NCBI GenBank assembly: GCA_951406725.2 | Contig: OX597815.1 | Coordinates: 162,192,001-162,256,000, forward strand | DNA length: 64,000 bases | Source: Octopus vulgaris | Taxonomy: Eukaryota | Reading direction: 5' to 3' | Shown here: piece after piece, positions 10,808-22,498 of the stretch | Layout: the number at the start of each line of letters is the position of its first letter | Numbering within the stretch: position 1 is the first letter of the stretch | Translations under genes and position numbers: made by a program | The notes under the pieces: generated by a model | What the model saw: the letters and a program-made list of their open reading frames with translations, nothing else | Database searches by the model: none | Told to the model about the DNA's origin: nothing

Positions 10808-12563
10808 AACTGGATGCCCTTTCTAATGCCAGCCACTCTGCGAGTATACTGGGTGCTTTTTACGTGCCACCGGCATGGGAGCCAGGTCAGGTGGCACTGG
10901 CATCGGCCACATTCAGATGGTGCTTTTTTCGTGCCACCAGCATGGGGTGCCAGTCACACGTGAATTGTGCTTATTGTTACAATTTCCATTTTGATTTCGA
11001 TTTCATTGAGATTCTGATTGTGATTTTGATAGGTCTTCTCAAGTGCAGCGTGTTGCCCAACAATTCAAAAGTACTTTTTACATGGGCTGGTTATGCAACA
11101 CTGTGATCTCACTTTACTAGGCTACAGCTGTGATCTCACTTTACTTGCCGGGTTTTCTCAATCACTGCATATCTTCAAAGGTCTCGGTCTCTTGTCAAAT
11201 TACCCTGTGAGGCACAACGTTTGAAGGCCATGGTTCACTACCTCATCCCATGTCTTCCTGGGTCCCCCTCTTCCACAGGTTCCTTCTACTGTTAGAGAGT
11301 GACACTTCTTCACACAGCTCTTCTCATCTATACGCAGCACATGACCATACCAGTGCAGTCGTCTCTCTTGCAGACCACATCTGATGCTTCTTACATCCAA
11401 CATTTCTCTCAGGGCTCTTACACTCTGTTGTATGTACACACTGATATTATACATCCAGTGGATCATACTAGCTTATTTCTTTCAAGCCTATGTATGTTCT
11501 CAACAGTCATGGCCCATGTTTCACTGCCGCGTAGCATGGCTGTTCACACACAGACATCATACAGTCTACTTTTCAGCCTGAGTGAGTGGCCCATGTCACC
11601 AGCAGAGGTGGGGGCTTTCTGAACTTTGCCCAGGCTATTCTTATTCTAGTGGCAACACTCTCAGAGCATCCACCCCCACTACAAACTTGGTCACCTAGGT
11701 AGCAGAAGCTATCAACTACTTCTAGTTTCTTCCCCTGGCATGTGATGGAATCTGTTTTCTAAACATCTTCAGTGTTTATTGCCCCTGTGCATCTGCTGCA
11801 CACAAACTATCATCCCGGTTAACCTTCCTTTGATGTTGCTACACTTCTTATGCGTCCATAGCTTACACTGGGTACATCTAATGGAGTTTCTACCTGCACC
11901 TTTTCTACAGATTGAGCAGGACCATCTACCTGAAGGAGTTTGTGATTTGTTCACTTTCCTACTTACTAGGACTTTGGTTTTTTTTCTTCATTGACTCTAA
12001 GGCCCTTTGATTCTAGAGCTTACTTCTGCACCTGAACTTTCTTATCTGGTTCTGGTAGTGATTCAGGTATGAGAGCAAGGTTGTTAGCATAGAGGAGCTC
12101 CCAGGGGCATCCTGTTTTGAATTCCTCTGTTATTGCCTGGAGGACTATGATAAATAGGAAGGGGCTGAGGACTGAACCTTGGTGGACCCCTGCATCTAGC
12201 AGGAATTCTTCATTGTACTCTTTGCCAACTCTCACCTTACTGACAACGTCCCTGTACATAGCTTGCACAGCTCTCACTAACTATTCATTTATCCCTAGTT
12301 CCCTCATTGACCACCAGATAAGGGATTGAGGGACCCTGTCAAAGGCTTTCTCCATGTCAATGAAAGCCAGGTACAGAGGTTTATCATTGGCTAGGTATTT
12401 CTCCTGCAGCTGTCTTACCAGAAATATAGCATCAGTGGTGCTTTTCCCTGGCACGAACCCAAACTGCGTCTCATCTAAACTGACTCTTTCCCTAATTAGT
12501 TGGGCTATGATCCTCTCCGTGACCTTCATTACCTGATCCAACAACTTGATACCTCTGTAATTA
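10808..12563 (-). mobile_element. 5'-truncated RTE-clade LINE (decayed RT and 3' UTR)
   Basis: NYRGIKLL..QFGFVPGKST.DAIF..RQLQEK..AFIDMEKAFDRVP, GVHQGSVLSPFLF, ELLYANN (decayed YADD), then RRLHWYGHVLR..GRGGPRKTW. Frameshifts and stops throughout. Confidence 0.93.
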
Positions 12564-12584
12564 TGTACATATATATATATATAT

Positions 12585-12768
12585 ACGTAAAAAGCACCCA
12601 CTACACTCGCGGAGTGGTTGGCGTTAGGAAGGGCATCCAGCTGTAGAAACATTGCCAGATAAGACCAGAGCCTGGTGCAGCCTTCTGGCTTCCCAGATCC
12701 CTGGTCGAACCGTCCAACCCATGCTAGCATAGAGAATGGACGTTAAACGATGATGATGATGATGATGA
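12585..12768 (+). mobile_element. RTE LINE 3' tail
   Basis: CGTAAAAAGCACCCACTACAC...CCAACCCATGCTAGCAT...(GAT)n. Similar tails: 18127-18309(+), 24330-24430(-), 25030-25335(-), 54440-54612(+), 57345-57560(-), 58850-59231(+), 63520-63667(+). Confidence 0.88.
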
Positions 12769-14140
12769 TATATACTCTTTTTACTCTTTTACTTGTTTCA
12801 GTCATTTGACTGTGGCCATGCTGGAGCCCCGCCTTTAATTGAGCAACTCGACCCCGGGACTTATTCTTTTGTAAGCCCAGTACTTATTCTATCGGTCTCT
12901 TTTGCCGAACTGCTAAGTAACGGGGACATAAACACACCAGCATCGGTTGTCAAGCAATGCTAAGGGGACAAACACACACATGCATATATATACATATATA
13001 CGACGGGCTTCTTTCAGTTTCCGTCTACCAAATCTACTCACAAGGCTTTGGTCGGCCCGAGACTATAGTAGAAGACATTTGCCCAAGGTGCCACGCAGTG
13101 GGACTGAACCCGGAATCATGTGGTTGGTAAACAAGCTACTTACCACACAGCCTATATACATATATATATATACATACATACATATACATGCACACACTTA
13201 CTCATACACAAACACATATACACATACAAAGAAAGAGCTGATGTCTGCTTTGCTCTAACAATTGTAGAATTGTATAATTTCCAACTACACAGAAACAATG
13301 GAACATTAATACAAGCATCCCAAACATTAAGGTTATGGAAATGCACCCTTATGAAAACTTGGCTGAATTTTAATGATTTAAAAACTACACTTTCTTTTTA
13401 ACCAAATGTGTGATTCTTTTAAATTTTGCAATGTCTAGAGTGAGAACAATACATGACAATAGGAATAAAATTAAGTCAAGTGCTTGCTCGGGTCTTATAT
13501 TTTCATAGATTTTAATGTGCTTCTTAAATTGGAGTGGCCTCTAAGTGTGCAGATCGAGTATCAGACTTGATGTAAAGTCCTGATAAGTACGTTGATAATT
13601 TAAAAAAAAAAAAGTTAAATGTTTGTGTCACAATTTACCAAAGAAGGAAACTTTTAATGAAAAACTTTCTAGTTAGCAAATGCCAGTGAAAGAGAGGTTT
13701 AAGAAGTTTACATTTGCACAGTATGAAAATGATTGGTTAAAGGTAGTGCTGATACAGATATACACATACATATATTTATGCATATATATATTACTCTACT
13801 CTTTACTCTTTTACTTGTTTCAGTCATTTGACTGCGGCCATGCTGGAGCACCGCCTTTAGTCGAGCAAATCGACCCAGGGACTTATTCTTTGTAAGCTCA
13901 GTATTTATTCTATCGGTCTCTTTTGCCGAACCGCTAAGTGACGGGGACGTAAACACACCAGCATCGGTTGTCAAGCAATGCTAGGGGGACAAAAACACAC
14001 ACACACACATATATATACATATATACGACAGGCTTCTTTCAGTTTCCGTCTACCAAATCCACTCACAAGGCATTGGTCGGCCCGGGGCTATAGCAGAAGT
14101 CACTTGCCCAAGATGCCACGCAGTGGGACTGAACCCGGAA

Positions 14141-14178
<38 letters not shown>

Positions 14179-14179
<1 letters not shown>

Positions 14180-14516
14180 GATAAGATCGTTAATTTAATT
14201 ATCGATCTTATCAAGTGGCCAGCATGGAAATAAAAACCTTCAAAGGTAATAATTATTGTTAAAATTATAATTTAGTTGTATCTAAGAGATACCTCCACGC
14301 TGGAAATAGCAGCCAAAACTTGACTCTAAAACCATTTCTTATGCAAGTCCAGAAATCCAGGATCTGGAATTATCCAGGAATTTTTTGCTAGTTCATCTTG
14401 TCATTTGTCTTCTCTCCTGGTGCTGTATGAACATTTAATGTGGTTTTAGAGTCAAGTTTTGGCTGCTATTTCTAGCGTGGAGGTATCTCTTAGATACCCT
14501 AAATTATAATTTTAAT
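14179..14516. repeat. Inverted repeat (arms about 14260-14334 and 14441-14516) with a nearby hairpin
   Basis: AAAATTATAATTTAG..TATCTAAGAGATACCTCCACGCT(G/A)GAAATAGCAGCCAAAACTTGACTCTAAAACCA and its reverse complement. Hairpin GATAAGATCG..CGATCTTATC at about 14180-14212. Confidence 0.8.
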
Positions 14517-14683
14517 ATACGAATTGTACCGAAATATTGATCCATTCTTGTTGCTTTTTTCCTATTTATAATCACCCTGCATTGTCGTATGGTTAACACC
14601 ATATAGATTTCTGGTGCATCCAAGTTAAGTACCATATTCATGTGAATTCAACAGAACTCACTTGAATCTTAATTGCTTGTACC

Positions 14684-14724
<41 letters not shown>

Positions 14725-16228
14725 AATTAGTGGACAAGATATGTCAAAGGTAAGCAGAGTTAGTGGTTGTAGTAACCGTCTAAGGGATAATAGCATCGAT
14801 ATTTACTATCGGTATCAATTACCTACACTATTCCTGGGCATGGGTATGCAGGCACACTTTGCTCATAGGGTACAGGTAACAACAGAATAAACAAAAGTTT
14901 ATCAGAAATCAAATTTAAATAATTAGAAAATGGAGAAAATTTTTGATAAACAAACTAACAAATTGAACCACTTCAGTTGATTGTTTTTTAATACAAAACA
15001 TGACATAATATTTTTATGGCCGTTTCTGCTTCAAATGTTAGTTTATGGTTATGAGAGAAATTCCGAAAATAATATTCGTCATTTTCATATCCCATTTGAT
15101 CTAGTACATGGAGCATCATCAGAGTAAATACAAATTTACTGGTTTGTTTTCTTCTTTATTTACATATACCCCTGTAACGGTCTTAACTTTTGCCCTTGAT
15201 TCAAATATAATAGACCAATAGATAAATTTTGGTCAATTCCATTGTGGAAAACAGGTGGTGCTCTATATTTCAGATATTATATTATAAGTGTATTATATTA
15301 TACAGAGTGGCTGTTTGGTAAGTAGCTTGCTAACCAACCACATGGTTCCGGGTTCAGTCCCACTGCGTGGCATCTTGGGCACGTGTCTTCTGCTATAGCC
15401 CCGGGCCGACCAATGCCTTGTGAGTGGATTTGGTAGACGGAAACTGAAAGAAGCCTGTCGTATATATGTATATATATATAAGTGTGTGTGAATATGTTTG
15501 TGTGTCTGTGTTTGTTCCCCTAGCATTGCTTGACAACCGATGCTGGTGTGTTTACGTCCCCGTAACTTAGCGGTTCGGCAAAAGAGACCGATAGAATAAG
15601 TACTGAACTTACAAAGAATAAGTCCCGGGGTCGATTTGCTCGACTAAAGGCGGTGCTCCAGCATGGCCGCAGTCAAATGACTGAAACAAGTAAAAAGAGA
15701 AAAAGAAAAAGAGTATATTATATGTGTCTTGCATTAAGTTAGGCTGATGATATTATAAGAACTCTACAGTTTTGTTTTGGTATAAATATTAATTAGCCCT
15801 GTTTATGATATCATAAGTACTATTCTTTTTCTAGATATATTGATAATTCTTGTCTTATTTTAGCTTCATTTCGCTACTATTCAAACACCCTGGTTCCCCT
15901 TTATATAGAAATAACCCATAAAAATATTTCTCTAGATCACTGCTAGTTCACTCTATTGTCTATCAACTTCAAGCTCCACGCTGCAAGATGGAATGAGTTT
16001 AATATATTGAGCCTTCTGGCTTCTTCTCAAGGCCCTGTTCTTTCCAATTCCCTCTTCACTTTGCTTATTTTATTTTACACATTTTTATTCACTCTGTGCT
16101 ATGAAGATGATGAATAATATTTTCAGAATTTTGTAAGCACCAACTAACACTGGAAGCAGAAATGGCTGTAAGAAATGTTATGCCATGTTTTGTATTAAAA
16201 AAAATAATCAACCTATGTGGTTCAATTT

Positions 16229-16604
16229 ACATTATTTACATTCAACAGATATTTGTCCTCATCTTGTTTGTTGTTAATACAATATTTCGGCTGATATACC
16301 CTCCAGCCTTCTTCAGGTGTCTTGGGGAAATTTCGAAACTGGGTTCTCATTCCTAAGATATTTTTCCATGTTATTATTATTATTATTGTTCAGGTCACTG
16401 CTTGGAATTGAACTCAGAATCTTGGAGTTGGTAGCCTGCACTCTTAACCACTATGCCATATGCCCAGGTTCGAAATTTCCTCAAGACACCTGAAGAAGGC
16501 TGGAGGGTATATCAGCCGAAACGTGTAAACAACAAACAAGATGAGGACAAATATCCGTCGAATGTAAATAATGTGCATAATCCCTCATCTCTTAAATTTA
16601 GAAC
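16229..16604. mobile_element. Inverted pair of tRNA-headed hammerhead-containing element (locus 1)
   Basis: Minus copy 16229-16465 with tRNA-like head; plus copy 16463-16604 is 5'-truncated and tailed. TSD TGTGG(T/C)TCAATTT at 16216-16228 and 16605-16617. Confidence 0.85.
16485..16528 (+). ncRNA. Minimal type I hammerhead ribozyme motif (probably decayed copy)
   Basis: GACAC-CTGAAGA-A-GGCTG[GAGGGTATAT]CAGCC-GAAA-CGT. Mirror copy at 16278-16321(-). Copies at about 25682-25721(-) and 25995-26042(+) have GAAA changed to AAAA. Confidence 0.7.
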
Positions 16605-16684
16605 TGTGGCTCAATTTGTTTGTTTATCGATCAAAAGTTTTCTCCATTTTCTGATTATTTAAATTTTGTATATATATATATATA

Positions 16685-16717
<33 letters not shown>

Positions 16718-17073
16718 TCTTTTATTTGTTTTAATCATTTGACTGTGGCCATGCTGGATCATTGCCTTTAGTCAAGCAGATAAACCCCAGGACTTATTCT
16801 TTGTAAGCCTAGTACTTATTCTACCAGTTTCTTTTGCTGAACTGCTAGGTTACGGGGATGTAACAAACCAGCATCAATTGTCAAGAGATGTTGTAGGGGA
16901 ACAAACACACACATACATATATATGTCCAATAGGCTTCTTCCAGTTTCCGTCTACCAAATCCACTCACAAGGCTTTGGTTGGCCTGAAGCTATAGAAAAG
17001 GATACTTGCCCATGGTGCCATGCAGTGGGACTGAACCCAGAACCATATGGTTGGTAAGCAAGCTACTTACCAC

Positions 17074-17107
<34 letters not shown>

Positions 17108-17113
17108 CTTTTA

Positions 17114-17149
<36 letters not shown>

Positions 17150-17154
<5 letters not shown>

Positions 17155-17505
17155 AATCATATAATAGGCCATTCACCCACTAGAAATAACAGCCAAAAGT
17201 AACCGCAAAATAACATTATCCGTGAACCAGGAGAAAATTGAAAACTTTACCCTGTAATTTCTTAGACGATATTTCATCTACGTTTAATGGTAAACTAACC
17301 TGATTAAATTAAATCAAGGCTTGATTTAATTTAATCAGGTTAGTTTACCATTAAACAGATGAAACGGTGCATCGTCTAAGAAATTACAGGGTAAAGTTTT
17401 TCAATTTTCTCCTGGTTCACGGAATTAATGTTATTTTGCGGTTAAAGCTTTTGCTGTTATTTCTAGTGGGTGAATGGCCTATTATGGCCGTTCCTTGATT
17501 GTGAT
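17150..17505. repeat. Near-perfect palindrome of about 350 bp
   Basis: Centre ...TTAAATTAAATCAAG-G-CTTGATTTAATTTAA at 17319; arms match out to ATAATAGGCCATTCACCCACTAGAAATAAC and its reverse complement. Confidence 0.92.
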
Positions 17506-17629
17506 GTTGAACGTAAAAATAGTTTATGACTATTTAATTTTTTCCTACTAGGCCGCTGGTGGCAAAAGAATTCTACAAAAATTTTTTTTGCCACCCTATA
17601 TTGATTAATTATATATATATATATATACA

Positions 17630-17697
<68 letters not shown>

Positions 17698-18088
17698 GTG
17701 CAGGCATGGCTGTGTGGTAAGAAGCTTGCTTCCCAACTACATTGTTTCAGGTTCAGTCCCAATGCGTGGCACCTTAGGCAAGTACCTTCTACTATAGCCT
17801 TGGGTCAACCAATGCCCAAAAGAAGCCCATTGTGTGTGTGTGTGAATGATGAACTTTCCTGTTGAAGACAATGTGTAAGAGTTTAGCTTTTACTGAATGA
17901 CCTGCACAAATGATTTTTTAGGGACCAAATGTATGTGCTGTATATTAGCTTATTCCCACCATCAAATTAACGTTGCATGAACAGGTACATGGTGTACCAT
18001 ACCTCAGGTGTCAAAGTGATTACAGAGCAATGAGAGATGAAGTGTTTTGCTCAAGAACACAACATGCCAAACGCTCTAGAAATTGAAA

Positions 18089-18124
<36 letters not shown>

Positions 18125-20726
18125 CAGGTGGCACGTAAAAAGCACCCACTACACTCACAGAGTGGTTGGCGTTAGGAAGGGCATCCAGCTGTAGAAACAC
18201 TGCCAGATCTGACTGGGCCTGACGAAGCCTTCCAGCTTCACAGACCCCAGTTGAACCGTCCAACCCATGCTAGCATGGAAAGCGGACGCTAAATGATGAT
18301 GATGATGATAGGTAGATAGATAAATAAATAGGTAGATAGACAGACAAAAATATATACATATGGATACATACATACATATAAACTCAAATAAATGGACACA
18401 TACATATGTACAAACATACATGTTTATATATATATACATATATTTAATTGTACCCACATATACACACACAGACACATATGTGCACGCACACACACACACA
18501 TATACACATTCATGTATATAATTTATGGCCGAGCATATACACAAAAATACAGGTACATTACTGCATGTATACAAATGCACAAATATTTGAATACTGTATA
18601 ACCATGCCTATAGGAAAAAATACAGATCTATACAACCACACATGAACATGTAATTCAACATAAAAATACTCGACAGTAAATGAAATGCATTTCCATTGAT
18701 AACATACACAATCATGAAATGATGCATAGCATGGAATGAAATGCAAAACACAAAACAAATGTGTAAACAAATACACGAGAAAGCAATATATCTAAATAAA
18801 TAATAAGTAGATACAAGCATTTGTAGAAAACAATATATAAATTATAAATTACATAAAATGCATAGGAAAACTACAAGTATAAATACAAAGTCAATCTGCC
18901 ATGAAAGTTCATTTGTGCAAATTGTATGGCAAAAGTAGGCCAAAACCAAAACATTAAATTTGCATAAAGTGGGGTGAGTATAGGTCATTAATAAAATTAG
19001 GGAAAGTGAAAACTAATAATGTCTATCGTGCAGTAATGAGGTATTATTGACTAAGGACAGTACTAAGCTTTATAAAAGTTTTCCCTTGTACTACTCTCTC
19101 ATTAATATCTCATTACTGGTTGATATACATTATTAAATTTAATGTAGAAGCTTATAAAGTAAGAAAAGAAACATGGTGTGTATTTGTAGATGCTGCAACA
19201 CGTGGAGTGTGGCAGCATGATAAAAGTGAATGATGGCTACATGAATAGCATTAATATAGAAGGTGGAAAGATGAGAAAAGGAAAGACAACCAACCAAAAT
19301 ACACACACACACACACACACAAATACAAAAGGTTATAAAAGATTTGGTTGCAGAAATTGTAACAGAAGTAAACAAAATCTAAAAATTCATAGGTATGGTC
19401 AGACATGTGACAAGTTCCTGTAATTGTGAATAGCATGTAACAGGAAGAAAGGTCTGTAACACTGGATGGGTACAGCTCTCATCCTTTACATTAAAATATT
19501 AAGTGAAGGAAAGAGTCAAGACTTCCAATTAACTTCAACAGCATAAATATTTTATTTCTGGATTCACAATATATACATTCTTCTTCTGGGCGAATCGGCA
19601 GCCTAGGAGCTTGTTGCAGTAGTCAAGTGGAGTGAGCCAAATCCTGTCCGTTCAAGCATAGCGTAGCAATGCCACGAGGTGCGGCTTCAGAGAGCTGCTA
19701 AAACAGGTCCGTCCTGTTCAGCTGTTAGCATTCGAGGGGCCAATATGAGAGAAAAAATCGCTGCTGCTAGTTTTCTGTGCATGCGCATGAAGGAACTTCC
19801 GGTAGGCCTCCCGGAAGAATCCAACTCTGTGCATGCATGCAGATTTCCAAGGTGGTGTCACTACAAGCATGATCCACAAGGTAGCATGGACGTTTGTAAA
19901 ATAAATTTCCTTTGATAAGAAGATGAGGAAACCAATTCTAATTTTTAATTTAAAAAACTGAACAGGTTAACATGAACACATATTTCATTGATAAGCAGAG
20001 ATCACATTTGAAGTTTTTAATATAAGCAGGTGTGAATTCAGTTATTTGGCAGCTAATATTATAATTACAAATACCATTATTCTTTAAATCTCAGTTGTAC
20101 TTGGAAAGGCTTGTTGCACCAGTTTAGTTTTCTTTATACCAGAATGAAAAAGTATGCTGGTTATATCTGAATTCAAAAGCATTCTCCATGAGGCCTATAT
20201 AGCACTTTGTACAGTCATTGTTTCTAGTGGAAACTTTAGCACAGTATATGGCACTCAGCTAAAAATATTTAACATTTATAAGACTAATGTTATTAGTATG
20301 GCAACTACATTGTAATAATAAATCCTGTGTGATAATGGATGTTAATTTTCTCCTATTAATTATTGTTGAAAGAAAGAAGTAAAATTATTCATATGGATAT
20401 GACTTACCTTAACACTCACTATTTATATGAATTTTATGAAATCTATGGCTAGTAGGAAAGTGCCTACTGATTAAGTTTAGAAAGAAACAGGCAATATTAG
20501 AAGTAACATTCCAACTGAAAGGTGGAGACAGAGTTAATATCATTGGTTCCAGTTCATGACTTGTACTTTACTTTATCAATCCTAGTGTCTCTATTCATTT
20601 CGTATATATTTAAGTTTTATATGCGACTGAAGCAGAAGTAGGGCAATGTCTTGAGAATACCCATTGACACAAGAATGTGTTTACTGCTGTCCTCTTGTTT
20701 CCAAGAAAAAACAGACTGTCCTTTAA

Positions 20727-20940
20727 CCTTTTGGCATTTAGATTATTGTGTTAAATATAATACTTATTTAGTCAATTGTTTTGTCTTAACTATGCAACAC
20801 ATCATAGCTAAGAGATTTTGATGGTGTGATTATTTATTTTCAGGTTGACATCATAGGGTAGATGAGACCAAATCTGGTCAGTTTGAATGTAGAACAGGTA
20901 GAATATTTCAGCCAGATATGGCGATTTTAAATGCTAAAGG
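20727..20940. mobile_element. piggyBac-like MITE (TTAA-CCCTTTAGCATT termini)
   Basis: About 200-220-bp family. Copies near 47242-47460, 50808-51009, 54873-55091, 55677-55846, 58256-58456 (TTAA on both sides), 60190-60384, 62166-62388, and a partial copy at 1-127. Confidence 0.75.
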
Positions 20941-20961
20941 ATTAATTATTGTGTGAGTGGA

Positions 20962-21371
20962 GGCACATGGCCTAGTGGTTAGAGCAGCGGACTCGCGGTC
21001 GAATCTCAGACCGGGCGATGTGTGTGTTTATGAGCAAAAACACTTAAGCTCCATGCAGCTCCGGCAGAAGGTAATGGCGAACTTCTGCTGACTCTTTCGC
21101 CACAACTATTTGTTTGAATGAAACCATCCTTGAGCCATGCCTGGCTCATAAGGGCCGGTTTCTTGCCGTATAGGTTCTCCACCTGGACGGGATGCCGGTC
21201 CTTTGCAGGTGAGCTGCAAGATGCAGGAGGAAAGAGTGAGAGAATCACTCTTTCCTCCTGCATCTTGCAGCTCACCTGCAAAGGACCGGCATCCCGTCCA
21301 GGTGGAGAACCTATACGGCAAGAAACCGGCCCTTATGAGCCAGGCATGGCTCAAGAAGGAACAAACAAAAC
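20962..21371 (+). mobile_element. tRNA-derived SINE (family C head) with an internal inverted duplication
   Basis: Head GGCACATGGCCTAGTGGTTAGAGCAGCGGACTCG, (AAC)-like tail, TSD AATTATTGTG(T/C)GAGTGGA at 20944-20961 and 21372-21389. Perfect palindrome about 21129-21355. Confidence 0.85.
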
Positions 21372-22498
21372 AATTATTGTGCGAGTGGATCTCTTCTTAT
21401 TGAAGGTTGGTTGCAGTTAGCTTTATGCGCTTGTCTACCTGTCTATTGAAGCCAAGATGGTTTCATTCAAACAAATAATTATGATATATAGTATTTAGAT
21501 TTAGTATACTTTCCCTGGCCTTGTTTCTTTTTCTCAAATTCATTACACTGGCTACTCAGATATTTTTCAAAGGTCTCTTTTTATTATATGCATAATTATA
21601 CATGCATACATAAGTACGTGTATGTAATGTGTGTGTGTGTAACCTGTGCAGCTGATATACAAACAGGGCAATTTTTTTTACTATTTCTCAGTTGACTGAA
21701 AAGTGACAAACAGCCTAAATTGATTTTCAGACCTAATTGAGTTCTCATCTGAGGTGTCTACATCACTTAACCAATCCCAGAGGAACAAGTAGCCAATGTC
21801 TTCATGTGCAACAAATCCAGTGACTTCACAGAAGTGGATATGTATGTATTTATGTATTACTATCTAATCTCTGTGTGTGTAAGTGTGTGTGTGTGTGTGT
21901 GTATGCTATGATTTGATAAGTGGTGCTGATTTTACAATTCTGTAAATAATGATAATATTTTATAAGCTTAAAGCTTATAAGCAATCACTGTGTGTTAATT
22001 GAAAAAAAGGTAGTCTAATATTTGGGGTGTTTACCATAAGCATGGGACTTGAACCCACACTTCTCTGTTTTTGTGAAAACACTTGTGACGAAAGCAGAGA
22101 GGTATGAGTTGGAACCCCATACAGAAAACCCACTTTTTCTGTCGAGAGCTTATATGCCCCATAACACACATTGGTCAAAATGAATTGCAAGTATTATTTT
22201 TGCCTTAATATTCTGAGATCAAGTTCCACTAAGCTCAGCTTTGCCTGTCATCTTTTCAGAGTTGATAAATAAAGTTCCAGTTCTCTACTGGAATTGACTT
22301 TTATTTATTTATTTTCTTTTTCTTTGTCACACTTTCTTTCCGTTTCTCTCTTCCCCTCTTTTAGGAAGAAATTGGATGTGGTGAAAACTGAAGAGGGTCT
22401 CCACTATATCTAAAAGTGCCTAGGACACACAATATATTATGAGACAGTACCCCTATGACCATATCAAGTAGTTCTGGATCCAAGGCAAATTAAAAATA

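Noticed and set aside
10808-12768. Minus RTE body plus adjacent plus-strand RTE tail as a twin-priming inversion
   Set aside because: Geometry is suggestive, but the overlapping segments differ markedly in divergence, a (TA)n tract separates them and no shared TSD is visible. Independent insertions are more likely.
21070-21081. GGTAATGGCGAA, identical to a stretch of the HDV genomic ribozyme
   Set aside because: Here it is the loop of a simple GCAGAAG/CTTCTGC hairpin resembling a motif common in RTE-related SINEs; I could not build the HDV double pseudoknot.
21006-21420. Mirror-image ORFs on both strands
   Set aside because: A consequence of the palindrome; no protein similarity recognised.
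21731-21841. Exon-like segment (TTTTCAG ... GTATGT)
   Set aside because: Stops in all three frames and no supporting neighbouring exons; a non-coding exon cannot be excluded.
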